64,000 nucleotides of DNA from Candidatus Saccharimonadota bacterium (GTDB lineage: Bacteria; Patescibacteriota; Saccharimonadia; Saccharimonadales; UBA4665): assembly GCA_003164595.1 (NCBI GenBank), contig PLTT01000013.1, positions 4,481-68,480 on the forward strand. Reading direction: 5' to 3'. Positions 40,000 through 50,008 of the stretch are shown in pieces (position 1 is the first letter of the stretch; every line of letters begins with the position of its first letter). Made by a program: the position numbers and the translations under genes. The notes under the pieces were generated by a model. It saw nothing but the letters and a program-made list of their open reading frames with translations, was not told the DNA's origin and did no database searches.

Positions 40000-41055
40000 A
40001 TGTCAAAAAAAGTCTTTGTTGGAATGTCCGGAGGAGTCGATAGTTCGGTAACAGCTGCTCTCTTGAAAGAGCAGGGTTATGATGTGACCGGTGTTTATAT
40101 GAAGAACTGGACTAAAGACCTACCTGGTCTAGTTTGCCCATGGAAACAGGACTATCAAGATGCCAAACGAGTTGCCGTACAACTAAATATTCCTTTCAAA
40201 GTATATGATTTTCAAAAAGAATATAAGCAGCAAGTAGTTGATTACATGCTAAACGAGTACCAAAAAGGTCGCACTCCGAACCCCGATATTATGTGTAACC
40301 AGGAGATAAAATTTAAGCTTTTTCTAAATACTGCAGTCGCTGACGGAGCTGATTTAATAGCAACTGGTCATTATGCTCGGACGCATGGTGGTAAATTATT
40401 TGTCGCTAAAAATAAAGATAAAGATCAGACATATTTTCTATATCGTGTTGATTCAGTTGCCCTCAAGAAGACCTTGATGCCAATTGGGGAGTTTGGCTCA
40501 AAGTCGGAAGTTAGAGTGTTGGCTACAAAATATCATCTCGTTACGGCTGATAAGAAAGATAGCCAAGGAATATGTTTTGTCGGTAAAGTAGGTATTAAAG
40601 ATTTTCTAACCTTCGAGTTAGGACAGCAACCAAAAGGGGAAATTATTGATCAAAATGGTTTTGTGATTGGCGAGCATGACGGTGCTATATTCTATACACT
40701 TGGGCAAAGGCATGGTTTGGATATTGGCGGCGGTCTGCCATATTATGTAACTGGTAAAAACATTAAACGCAATGAAATATTCGTTACAACCGATTTGCAA
40801 GATGAGGCTCTGTGGAAGCATGAAGTCAATCTTGCTGATATTCATTGGATAAGTGGTGTTGCGCCCAAAACCAATAAGGATTTGCGAATTCGCTTGCGGT
40901 ACCGATTGCCTCTGATAGAAATTGAAGATTTAACCCACGCCAGCAAAGATAACTGGCGCGTATTACTAACTGAAGATGTTCGTGCTATTACACCAGGCCA
41001 ATCGGCAGTAATTTATGATGGCGATCAAGTATTGGGCGGTGGGGTAGTTATCTAA
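40000..41055 (+). CDS. mnmA: tRNA-specific 2-thiouridylase
   Basis: PP-loop VGMSGGVDSSV, TPNPDIMCN, GHYAR and DQTYFL. Confidence 0.92.
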   Translation: MSKKVFVGMSGGVDSSVTAALLKEQGYDVTGVYMKNWTKDLPGLVCPWKQDYQDAKRVAVQLNIPFKVYDFQKEYKQQVVDYMLNEYQKGRTPNPDIMCNQEIKFKLFLNTAVADGADLIATGHYARTHGGKLFVAKNKDKDQTYFLYRVDSVALKKTLMPIGEFGSKSEVRVLATKYHLVTADKKDSQGICFVGKVGIKDFLTFELGQQPKGEIIDQNGFVIGEHDGAIFYTLGQRHGLDIGGGLPYYVTGKNIKRNEIFVTTDLQDEALWKHEVNLADIHWISGVAPKTNKDLRIRLRYRLPLIEIEDLTHASKDNWRVLLTEDVRAITPGQSAVIYDGDQVLGGGVVI

Positions 41056-41129
41056 GGTAATTGTTCGAAATACGTGGCATAATCAGATAACTGCTTTATA
41101 CTTAGTAGCGTTAATTAACCCTAGGAAAC

Positions 41130-42722
41130 ATGGCAGCAACGACCAAACCACGCCCACGTCGAATCTCACTTGGAAACACAGCATTCTTGTTGGTGTCTAC
41201 TGCTTTCTTCGGCCAATTATTAGGACTGGTTCGTACAAAACTTGTTAACGCAAACTTTCCGGCCGTTGGGCCAGGCAGTACGGACTCCTACTTCGCGGCT
41301 TTCAACATTCCAGATTTTTTCTTTTTCACATTAGCGGCCGGAGCACTTGGTGTAGCCTTCATGCCAGTACTAGCTGATAGACTTGCTCGGGGTGATAAGA
41401 AAGGGATGTGGGAACTTTCCACTAGCTTGCTAAACCTTCTGATGATAATAATGGCCGCCGTATCATTAATTATCTTCATTTTCGCTGAGCCAATGGTTCA
41501 TTATATAATATCGCCGAATCTTTCACCCCAGCAACTCCATAACACCGTAACGATTATGCGTTTTCTAGCGCTAAACCCTCTGTTATTCACCATATCCGGA
41601 GTTTTAACTGCTACGCAACAGACTATGGGAAGATTCTTTTTTTATGCGATATCACCCTTAGTGTATAACGCATCAATAATAGCCAGCATCTATATCTTTA
41701 AACATAACATTGGATTAATTGGTTTGGGGATCGGTGCTTTAGTTGGAGCAGTTCTCCAGCTTGTTATTATATCTATCGGTTTGTTTAACACTGGTTTTTA
41801 TTGGTCGCCAAAAATCCTTTGGCGCAATTCAGAATTCAAAACTATCCTGCGTCAACTTCCGCCGCGTTCGCTTGATCAGGGAATTGACCAAGTTGAGGAT
41901 ATAATTCAAACACACTTTGCTAGGCGACTCGGTACGGGCTTTATTAGTTATTACAACAATGCCTACACACTCTCAACGGCACCAACTTTTTTGATCGGTA
42001 CGGCAATAAGCACGGCGGCCTTCCCCCATATGAATAATCGCCTGTCTCAGGGCAGGCCAGATCTCTTCAGAAAGGACTTTTTGAGAATACTGCAAGGCAT
42101 GATCTGGGTAGCAGCCCCGGTCGCCATATCGAGTTATTTCCTGCGAGGCTATCTCGCTAGATTAATTTTCAGTAAGAATGCCCCACAGATTGCCGTAATT
42201 TTTGGTTTTCTTACGTTGGCAATATTTGCAACTACACTTTATACCTTTATTTCAAGATGGTTTTATTCCCAGAAAGATACCATTACACCACTACTTGTTT
42301 CCGTATTTGCCGTGATACTAGATATTGTGCTGGTTTCAATTCTTGCTAGACCATCGACTTATGGCATGAGTGGGTTGGCAATGACTCAGTCCATTGTGGC
42401 GAGTTCGGAGGTATTTATTCTAGCCATAATTATGGTTATTCGTGATCACAAATTATTCGATAGTGAGTTTATTCGTGGCGTGGTAATGATAATTTCCGTG
42501 ACAGGCTTTTCAGCCGCGGCAGGTTTCTTCATGGTTCAACTCCTGCCGCTTGGCATAAATGATAGGGGCATTATCACACTAGGCGGTAAACTTATACTAA
42601 TTTTTGGTGTTGTAGCAATTGTCCATCTGACTATTTCGGCACTATTTGGTCTCAACGAAGCAAAGACAGTTATAAGGCGAATCCGTCGGCTAATTCTCCA
42701 ACCAATTAAATCCCAACTTTAA
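41130..42722 (+). CDS. murJ: Lipid II flippase MurJ (MviN family)
   Basis: 530 aa with about 14 TM. N-terminal pattern GQLLGLVRTKLVNANF...DSYFAAFNIPDFFF..AAGALGVAFMPV is typical of MurJ. Confidence 0.8.
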   Translation: MAATTKPRPRRISLGNTAFLLVSTAFFGQLLGLVRTKLVNANFPAVGPGSTDSYFAAFNIPDFFFFTLAAGALGVAFMPVLADRLARGDKKGMWELSTSLLNLLMIIMAAVSLIIFIFAEPMVHYIISPNLSPQQLHNTVTIMRFLALNPLLFTISGVLTATQQTMGRFFFYAISPLVYNASIIASIYIFKHNIGLIGLGIGALVGAVLQLVIISIGLFNTGFYWSPKILWRNSEFKTILRQLPPRSLDQGIDQVEDIIQTHFARRLGTGFISYYNNAYTLSTAPTFLIGTAISTAAFPHMNNRLSQGRPDLFRKDFLRILQGMIWVAAPVAISSYFLRGYLARLIFSKNAPQIAVIFGFLTLAIFATTLYTFISRWFYSQKDTITPLLVSVFAVILDIVLVSILARPSTYGMSGLAMTQSIVASSEVFILAIIMVIRDHKLFDSEFIRGVVMIISVTGFSAAAGFFMVQLLPLGINDRGIITLGGKLILIFGVVAIVHLTISALFGLNEAKTVIRRIRRLILQPIKSQL

Positions 42723-42755
42723 ACTCCTACCCTAACGCTGTTATAATTTTAGACT

Positions 42756-44537
42756 ATGAACCAAGACCATATCCGAAATTTTTGCATAATTGCCCATATT
42801 GATCATGGCAAGTCAACGCTCGCCGACCGCTTATTGGAAATCACTGGGACGGTAGATAAGCGCTTAATGAAAGCACAGTTGCTCGATAAGATGGATCTTG
42901 AAAGAGAAAAGGGTATTACCATAAAGCTGGCACCAGTCCGAATGCGTTATCAAGATTATGAACTCAATTTGATCGACACCCCAGGCCATGTCGACTTTAG
43001 TTATGAAGTTTCTAGGAGCTTAGAGGCCTGTGAGGGAGCGGTCTTGGTGGTAGATGCTACGCAAGGGATTCAGGCACAAACCTTAGCAAATGTTTATTTG
43101 GCAATCGGTGCCAATCTTAAGATCATACCAGTCTTAAATAAGATTGATTTACCTGCTGCGAACGTTGAAAGAGTTGCTGCGGAGATAGTTGGTTTACTTG
43201 GTTGTGACAAAGACGACATTCTCCATATAAGCGCCAAAACCGGTCAGGGAGTGGATAAGTTACTCGATGAAATTGTTACTAAAATACCTTTTCCAAGGGG
43301 TGATACATCCAAGCCGACACGAGCCCTGATTTTTGATAGTTATTACGATGACTACCGAGGCGTTATTCTATACGCTAGAGTTGTAGACGGCCAACTACAG
43401 AAGGGCGACGCGATCCATATGATATCAGCTGACAGTAATGGCTTAGCCCTAGAAGTGGGTAGTTTAACGCCGGAAATGTCGGTAAAAGATAAACTGACAT
43501 CAGGAGAGATTGGCTACATTGTAACTAACCTAAAGACTACGCGAGAAGCCAAGGTCGGTGATACTGTGACACTAGTTAGCCGACCGGCAACTGAGGCCCT
43601 ACCAGGGTATAAAAATGTCCAGCCTTTTGTTTATGCTGGTTTTTTCCCTGACAGTAACGAGAACTACCAGACACTAAAAGAAGCCATAGATAGATTAAGT
43701 CTTAGTGACTCTGCACTGCAATTTACTCCGGAGAATTCCCCTGTTCTTGGCTATGGCTTTAGAATCGGTTTCCTTGGGCTATTGCATATGGATATCGTCC
43801 GTGAACGGCTGGAACGTGAATACGATCTTGAGCTTATTATTACTAATCCCTCTACTGACTACCATATAACATTAACAACCGGCGAGCAGTTAGTTATTAA
43901 ATCGGCATCCGATTTGCCTGACGTTAGCAGAATAAGTGACATTAAAGAGCCTTGGATAAAAGGCGAGTTGGTTTGTCCAAAAGATTACGTTGGTGCCGTG
44001 ATTCAGCTGGTAGCTAACAAAAGAGGTCTCCAGAAAAATCTCAGTTTTGTCGATGCCGAACTAGCAATAATAGATTTTGAGGCACCACTCGCCAATCTGC
44101 TGACAGATTTTTATGATCAACTAAAAAGTCTGACTTCAGGCTATGGTTCTTTCAATTATGAACTAGCTGATTATAGGACAGAAGATCTGGTGCGTTTGGA
44201 TTTTTATGTTGCCGGAGACCGTATCGATGCGTTGAGCGTTATGGTTCACCGCAGCGAATCCCTGAGACTTGGGCGAGAGATTGTTGAAAAACTCAAAGAA
44301 GTTATCCCGAAGCAGAACTTCCAGGTAAGTCTTCAAGCTGGGATTGGCGGGAAGTTTATTGCCAGGGCAGACATTAGCGCCTATCGGAAAGACGTTACTA
44401 CCGGATTATATGGCGGAGATGTATCTAGGAAGAAAAAGGTTTTAGCTAAGCAGAAGAAAGGTAAGCAGCGCTTAAAGAGATTTGGGCGAGTAGATATACC
44501 GGCAGATGCTTTCACGGTTATGCTAAAGAGGGATTAA
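42756..44537 (+). CDS. lepA: Translation elongation factor 4
   Basis: IRNFCIIAHIDHGKSTLADRLL, DTPGHVDF, NKID, and the LepA-specific C-terminal domain. Confidence 0.95.
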   Translation: MNQDHIRNFCIIAHIDHGKSTLADRLLEITGTVDKRLMKAQLLDKMDLEREKGITIKLAPVRMRYQDYELNLIDTPGHVDFSYEVSRSLEACEGAVLVVDATQGIQAQTLANVYLAIGANLKIIPVLNKIDLPAANVERVAAEIVGLLGCDKDDILHISAKTGQGVDKLLDEIVTKIPFPRGDTSKPTRALIFDSYYDDYRGVILYARVVDGQLQKGDAIHMISADSNGLALEVGSLTPEMSVKDKLTSGEIGYIVTNLKTTREAKVGDTVTLVSRPATEALPGYKNVQPFVYAGFFPDSNENYQTLKEAIDRLSLSDSALQFTPENSPVLGYGFRIGFLGLLHMDIVRERLEREYDLELIITNPSTDYHITLTTGEQLVIKSASDLPDVSRISDIKEPWIKGELVCPKDYVGAVIQLVANKRGLQKNLSFVDAELAIIDFEAPLANLLTDFYDQLKSLTSGYGSFNYELADYRTEDLVRLDFYVAGDRIDALSVMVHRSESLRLGREIVEKLKEVIPKQNFQVSLQAGIGGKFIARADISAYRKDVTTGLYGGDVSRKKKVLAKQKKGKQRLKRFGRVDIPADAFTVMLKRD

Positions 44538-44558
44538 CTCTGTTACAATAAAATATAA

Positions 44559-46463
44559 ATGAATGCTCAAGAAATCCGATCAGCTTATATAAAATTCTTT
44601 GAAGGGCGGGGTCATAGTGCCATACCACGTGCTTTGTTGGTACCGCAAAACGACCCAACGACACTTTTCACTGGTAGTGGCATGCAGCCCCTTATTAGTT
44701 ATTTGCTTGGCGAAGAACATCCTTCTGGCCAAAGGCTAGTCGATAGTCAAACCTGTCTTAGGGCTCAGGATATTGAAGAAGTTGGAGATAATCGGCATAC
44801 GACTTTTTTTGAAATGCTTGGTAATTGGAGTCTTGGCTCATATTTTAAGAGTGAACAGTTACCATGGTTCTTCGAATTTTTAACCGACGTTGTTGGTTTA
44901 GATCCCGTTAAGCTTTACGTTACTTGCTTTATTGGTGACCAGAGCTACGATATAGCCAAAGATGTTGACAGTGCCAATATATGGGAAGAATTATTCAGGT
45001 CTAAGGGTATTGAAGCCGGGCAAGTTGAAATTGGCAGTGAGGAGAATGGCTATAGGGTTGGTATGCAGGAAGGTAGAATCTTCTACTATGATGCTAGCAA
45101 GAACTGGTGGTGCCGAGCTGGCAAGATTAATTTGATGCCCGAGGGGGAACCCGGTGGCCCAGACAGCGAAGTCTTTTATCGATTCTATGAACGCGACCAT
45201 GATGAGAATGAGAAGTTAAAATATGGTGATTTTTGTCATCCTAACTGTGATTGTGGCCAATTTTTGGAGATTGGTAATAGTGTGTTCATGGAGTATCTAA
45301 AAACTGACACTGGCTTTAGCAAGTTGCCCAAACAAAACGTCGATTTTGGTGGAGGTCTGGAGAGAATAGCCGCCGCGGCATTAAATGAACAGGACGTTTT
45401 CAAAGTTAGCATCCTTTGGCCAATAGTCGAGAAGCTAGAAGATCTAAGTGGCAAGAATTATGCTTCCCATACTGAGAGCATGAGAGTTATAGCCGATCAC
45501 TTAAGAGCAGCTACAGTTCTGGCGGTTGATGGAATAGTGCCCAGCAATAAAGAGCAAGGCTACGTCATGCGACGTTTAATGAGACGAGCTATACGTTTTG
45601 CTTTTGAGCTTGGTGTTGAACAGAATCTTTGCGCAGAGTTAGTACCGATAATTACCTCTCTATATCAAGATTCGTTTCCTGAAATAAACGACTCTAAAGA
45701 TAGGGTAATTGATATTCTAATTAAAGAGGAAAAAGTATTTCGCCAGACACTTCGCAAGGGACTGGGAGTTTTCAATTCAATCACAGCTTCCGGCAAAAAT
45801 ATTACTGGACAGGATATTTTCAAACTCTATGATACCTATGGTTTCCCTTTAGAGCTTTCCAAGGAAGAAGCATATAAGAATGGCGTTGAAATCGATGCCA
45901 ATTCCGATGCAGAATTCGATCGCTTGATGGAAGAACAACGAGATCGTTCTAGGACGGCTACCAAGGGAGAGTTTAAGGGTGGTCTAGGCGGTCAGACCAT
46001 GCAACACAAAAAATACCACACAGCTACTCATCTTATGTATCAAGCCCTCCGACAAACACTCGGTGACCACGTGATTCAGCACGGATCAAATATTAATGAG
46101 GAGCGTTTGAGATTTGATTTTTCACATCCTGAAAAAATGACATCCGAACAAATCAAGCATGTTGAAGATATTGTTAATGAGCAGATTGACAAGGATTTGA
46201 AAGTTACCTGGGAAGAGCATCCCACCAATGAAGCAATCAACGACCTCCATGCTCTTGGCGCATTTGGAGATCGTTATGGAGCGGTTGTGAAAGTCTATCG
46301 AATGCAAGCCGAGAATGAGGAGCAGCCTTTCAGTTTTGAAATATGTGGCGGGCCACATGTCGACCACACCTCACAACTATCCGAGGATGGCAAGAGGTTT
46401 AAGATTATAAAAGAAGAATCCAGCTCGGCAGGAATTCGTCGAATTAAAGCTGTTCTTCAGTAA
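44559..46463 (+). CDS. alaS: Alanine--tRNA ligase, short form (no C-Ala domain)
   Basis: N-terminus IRSAYIKFFEGRGHSAIPRALLVPQNDPTTLFTGSGMQ and FLEIGNSVFMEY. Editing-domain motifs HTATHLM and CGGPHV are present. The protein ends right after the editing domain at 634 aa. Confidence 0.85.
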   Translation: MNAQEIRSAYIKFFEGRGHSAIPRALLVPQNDPTTLFTGSGMQPLISYLLGEEHPSGQRLVDSQTCLRAQDIEEVGDNRHTTFFEMLGNWSLGSYFKSEQLPWFFEFLTDVVGLDPVKLYVTCFIGDQSYDIAKDVDSANIWEELFRSKGIEAGQVEIGSEENGYRVGMQEGRIFYYDASKNWWCRAGKINLMPEGEPGGPDSEVFYRFYERDHDENEKLKYGDFCHPNCDCGQFLEIGNSVFMEYLKTDTGFSKLPKQNVDFGGGLERIAAAALNEQDVFKVSILWPIVEKLEDLSGKNYASHTESMRVIADHLRAATVLAVDGIVPSNKEQGYVMRRLMRRAIRFAFELGVEQNLCAELVPIITSLYQDSFPEINDSKDRVIDILIKEEKVFRQTLRKGLGVFNSITASGKNITGQDIFKLYDTYGFPLELSKEEAYKNGVEIDANSDAEFDRLMEEQRDRSRTATKGEFKGGLGGQTMQHKKYHTATHLMYQALRQTLGDHVIQHGSNINEERLRFDFSHPEKMTSEQIKHVEDIVNEQIDKDLKVTWEEHPTNEAINDLHALGAFGDRYGAVVKVYRMQAENEEQPFSFEICGGPHVDHTSQLSEDGKRFKIIKEESSSAGIRRIKAVLQ

Positions 46464-46500
46464 ACCTTAACCTTCTATCGTGGTATAATCGGATAAGATT

Positions 46501-47817
46501 ATGCTTGATAAATTTAAAAGCCTAACTAAGGGTGTTGCCGGCAAAGCCTCTGGTGGTATAAAGAGTGCCCGATCAAAAAGAAAATCATCTGAAGAGTATA
46601 TTGTAGCTTTAGATATCGGCACGGAGTTCGTTAAAACACTCATCGGGCGAGTTGTCGGTAATGGTGTAGAAATTATCGGGGTAGGCCGAGCCCACCAGAG
46701 TCTTAGTGATATGCAAGCTGGAGCAATTGCCGATATTGCCAGCGTCGTAGATAACTGCGATAAAGCCTTAGCGCAGGCCGAAGAACAGGCAGGGGTATCA
46801 GCCCGAAGCGCAGTAATTGGTATAGCCGGAGAACTAGTCAAGGGAACTACCAAAGCGGTAAAATTCACCCGAAAAGATCCTAACAGACCCTTGGATTTGG
46901 CTGAAGTTGAACAGATCATCAAACTTGTCCAAGAGAGAGCAGAAGCTAGTGCCAAAGAGTCATTAGCCCTTGAGTTAGGTGGCAAAGACGTAGAAGTAAG
47001 ACTAGTAAATAGTGCTCTAGTTAGTATCGATATTGATGGATATAAAGTAACCAATCCCATAGGCTTCCAAGGCAAAGAAGTCTTAGTGCAATTATATACA
47101 GCCTTTGCTCCATTGATTCATATTGGGGCGCTTGAGCGAACAGCCCAAGAACTAGATTTGGATTTACTGGCGGTTGCCGCCGAACCATTTGCTGTTGCCC
47201 GAAGTGTTATTGGTGATGACCCAAATGCAACGATGAGCGCGATCCTAATGGACGTCGGTGGAGGCACGACAGATATTGCCATAATTGACGAAGGCGGAGT
47301 ACAAGGTACCAAGATGTTTGGTATTGGTGGCCGAGCCTACACCCGCGCCATAGAAAGAGAACTTGGCACGACCTTCTCGGTCGCTGAGGAGTTAAAAATA
47401 GGCCTAAGTAAAAATACACTACCACCCAATAAAGTTCCCGTAGTTGAGCGAGCTTTGCGTAAAACATTGGATGTTTGGGCTAGCGGAGTGGAACTTGCAT
47501 TAAGTGAATTCACCAATGTCGATAACCTACCCCACCGCGTTCTATTGTGTGGCGGTGGTTCATCACTCCAAATGTTAATGGACGAATTACACACCTCAAC
47601 TTGGTATCGACAATTACCGTTCACTAGAAGGCCGCAAGTTGATTATATTAATCCCAAAGAAGTGGTTGGCATAACCGATATTACCGGTGATGCCAATGAC
47701 CATACTTTTATCACGGCAATGGGGCTTTTGAGAGTCGGTCTTGATACAATGTTACAAGCGAATGCCACGCCAACCAATTCGGTTCGCGAGAAACTCGATA
47801 GGATGCTAAGAGTATGA
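46501..47817 (+). CDS. ftsA: Actin-like cell division protein FtsA
   Basis: ALDIGTEFVKTLIG, DVGGGTTDIAI and LCGGGS actin-fold phosphate/adenosine motifs. The C-terminal end SVREKLDRMLRV may be amphipathic. Confidence 0.75.
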   Translation: MLDKFKSLTKGVAGKASGGIKSARSKRKSSEEYIVALDIGTEFVKTLIGRVVGNGVEIIGVGRAHQSLSDMQAGAIADIASVVDNCDKALAQAEEQAGVSARSAVIGIAGELVKGTTKAVKFTRKDPNRPLDLAEVEQIIKLVQERAEASAKESLALELGGKDVEVRLVNSALVSIDIDGYKVTNPIGFQGKEVLVQLYTAFAPLIHIGALERTAQELDLDLLAVAAEPFAVARSVIGDDPNATMSAILMDVGGGTTDIAIIDEGGVQGTKMFGIGGRAYTRAIERELGTTFSVAEELKIGLSKNTLPPNKVPVVERALRKTLDVWASGVELALSEFTNVDNLPHRVLLCGGGSSLQMLMDELHTSTWYRQLPFTRRPQVDYINPKEVVGITDITGDANDHTFITAMGLLRVGLDTMLQANATPTNSVREKLDRMLRV

Positions 47818-49583
47818 ACAACAAAGACACCATCTACATCGATGTTGATGATGAGATTACATCCATCATCGATAAAGTCCAAAATACTCAAGAAAGTATC
47901 GTTGCTCTAGTCTTACCCAAACGCGCTGCTATGCTTCAAAGTAGCGTTAATATGAAACTCCTCAAACGGGCTGCAGATAAGGCTAAGAAGAATGTGGTCC
48001 TTATTACCACCGAGGCCGGTCTTTTGCCGCTGGCAAGCTCTGTAGGACTGTTTGTGGCCAAGAATTTGCAGTCTAAGCCTGAGATCCCAAAAGCAACCGT
48101 ACCAATTGGCGCTATAGATGAATTAATAAAAGCTGATGACCAAGAATCAACCACAGCTGACTTTGATTCTAAGGCGGTAGCCGGAGTGGCTGTCGGCGAA
48201 TTAGCCACCGATGACCTTATGACCAACAATCATCCAGCAAAACCCGAGCTCACCCCCCTACCATATAAGCGCGCTTCGAATGAAGAAGAGTCCGTAATGC
48301 TAGATAACAGCGAAAAGACTGAAGAAAAAGAAGCAGACAACACCAAGGAAGATAAAAAAGCTAAAGACAAAAATCTTAAAGTCCCGAACTTTGATAAATT
48401 CAGAAAGGGACTAATAATCGCGGTTGTATTAATTATTCTTCTGGTAGTAGGTTTTATTTTTGCTAACAGGATTCTGCCAAAGGCAGTAATTACCATTTCT
48501 ACCAATACCTCATCGGTAAACAGTAGCCTGGCGCTGACTCTTAGCCCGAGTACTTCAACCCTAAACACTAATCAATTGATCGTCCCCACAAAAATTCAGC
48601 AGAGCCCACAAACTGCCTCAAAACAGGTTCCTACAACTGGAACAAAAAATGAAGGACAGGTTGCTACGGGTACAGTATCGTTTGTAGCGACAGTCAATAG
48701 TAGTAGTGGGGCTATTACGCCATCTACTATCCCCGCCGGGATTGGCATTAGTAGTGGAGGATTAACTTTTATAACCCAACAGCCAACTGTTTTTAGCGGC
48801 CGCGTACATAATTGTGGGACGAATTGTGATCAATATTACTCAAACCCCACAACAACGACGATAACAGCCCAATCACCCGGCTCTAAATATAACCTGGGGT
48901 CAAATTCACAACCCGCACCCTTTACGAGCACGTACCAGGATTCAAATAATAGCGGGACTGTATATTCGGCAACCGGCTCTACGACTCAGGGAACGGATAA
49001 TTTAGTTACTGTCGTAAGTCAAACAGATATCACAAATGCTGCCCAAGCAATTGCTATGCCCCCAACTGCTTCAGTTAAGTCCACACTAACTAGTGCTTTA
49101 GAGACGGCTGGTTATTATCCCGTTCAAACAAGCTATAGTGCCGGTACGCCCGCTATTACCCAAAGTGCTAATGTGGGCGATCAAGCTACCACGGTTACTG
49201 TAACCGAAGCTGTTACTTACACCATGTTTGGAGTTCACGAGAGCGACCTTAGCACTCTGGTAACCGCCAGCGTAGACCAGCAAATTAATACCAAGAAACA
49301 ATCCATCCAAGATCTAGGCCTAGGCAAGGCAACATTTACTGGAGTTACCCAATCACCAACTCAGGCAACCCTAACCATGCAAACTTCTTCAACAGTTGGT
49401 CCATTACTAAATATCGCCCAGATTAAGTCGCAAATAGCTGGGCTGAAAAAAGGCGACCTTGAAACCCTTATAGAACAAAATCCTGGAGTAACCAGCGTGA
49501 GCGTAAAATATAGTCCGTTCTGGGTTAGCTCTACGCCGAAGAATACTAGCAAAATAACTATTAAAGTAAAAAAGGCTTCATGA
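47814..49583 (+). CDS. Single-pass membrane protein, unknown function, translationally coupled to ftsA
   Basis: 589 aa with ATGA overlap to ftsA. About 200-aa cytoplasmic N-domain with an acidic/Lys-rich linker, a TM (GLIIAVVLIILLVVGFIFA), and about 360 aa of Thr/Ser/Gln-rich extracytoplasmic region. Confidence 0.55.
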   Translation: MNNKDTIYIDVDDEITSIIDKVQNTQESIVALVLPKRAAMLQSSVNMKLLKRAADKAKKNVVLITTEAGLLPLASSVGLFVAKNLQSKPEIPKATVPIGAIDELIKADDQESTTADFDSKAVAGVAVGELATDDLMTNNHPAKPELTPLPYKRASNEEESVMLDNSEKTEEKEADNTKEDKKAKDKNLKVPNFDKFRKGLIIAVVLIILLVVGFIFANRILPKAVITISTNTSSVNSSLALTLSPSTSTLNTNQLIVPTKIQQSPQTASKQVPTTGTKNEGQVATGTVSFVATVNSSSGAITPSTIPAGIGISSGGLTFITQQPTVFSGRVHNCGTNCDQYYSNPTTTTITAQSPGSKYNLGSNSQPAPFTSTYQDSNNSGTVYSATGSTTQGTDNLVTVVSQTDITNAAQAIAMPPTASVKSTLTSALETAGYYPVQTSYSAGTPAITQSANVGDQATTVTVTEAVTYTMFGVHESDLSTLVTASVDQQINTKKQSIQDLGLGKATFTGVTQSPTQATLTMQTSSTVGPLLNIAQIKSQIAGLKKGDLETLIEQNPGVTSVSVKYSPFWVSSTPKNTSKITIKVKKAS

Positions 49584-50008
49584 CCTTGGCTGATTCGAAC
49601 GATGGGCCTGTTATGGGCCTTGATGTAGGTAGTAGACGAATAGGTGTGTCGCTGGCCAGTCCAGAAACACGGCTTCCTCAACCACTACTTACCCTTAGTC
49701 GCAGTGATGATTCCATGATCGATATACAAAAATTAATCGATGAGCATGCGGTAAGTAAAATCGCGGTCGGTTTGCCTCGAAGTCTTGATGGTAATGTAAC
49801 TCAACAAACTCGTGATACAATTCTCTTTATCAAAGAGTTAAGAAAAGCTACTACTATTCCGATATTCGAACAAGACGAAGCTTTAACCTCGCGCCTGGCT
49901 GAGGCTGAGCTGATCGAGAGAGCCAAACCTTATACCAAGGCTGATATTGATGCACTTGCTGCGACATATATTCTACAAGACTTTTTGGGAGAGCACGGTA
50001 ATGAATAA
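49580..50008 (+). CDS. ruvX: Holliday junction resolvase-like nuclease RuvX/YqgF
   Basis: GLDVGSRRIGVSLA, VGLPRSLDG, DEALTS and AAATYILQDFL. Confidence 0.85.
   Translation: MTLADSNDGPVMGLDVGSRRIGVSLASPETRLPQPLLTLSRSDDSMIDIQKLIDEHAVSKIAVGLPRSLDGNVTQQTRDTILFIKELRKATTIPIFEQDEALTSRLAEAELIERAKPYTKADIDALAATYILQDFLGEHGNE

Noticed and set aside
46467-47075. 202-aa ORF antisense to ftsA
   Set aside because: It has a low-complexity Ser/Ala/Leu/Thr/Pro composition and lies fully inside a well-supported FtsA gene on the opposite strand. This is a typical shadow ORF.
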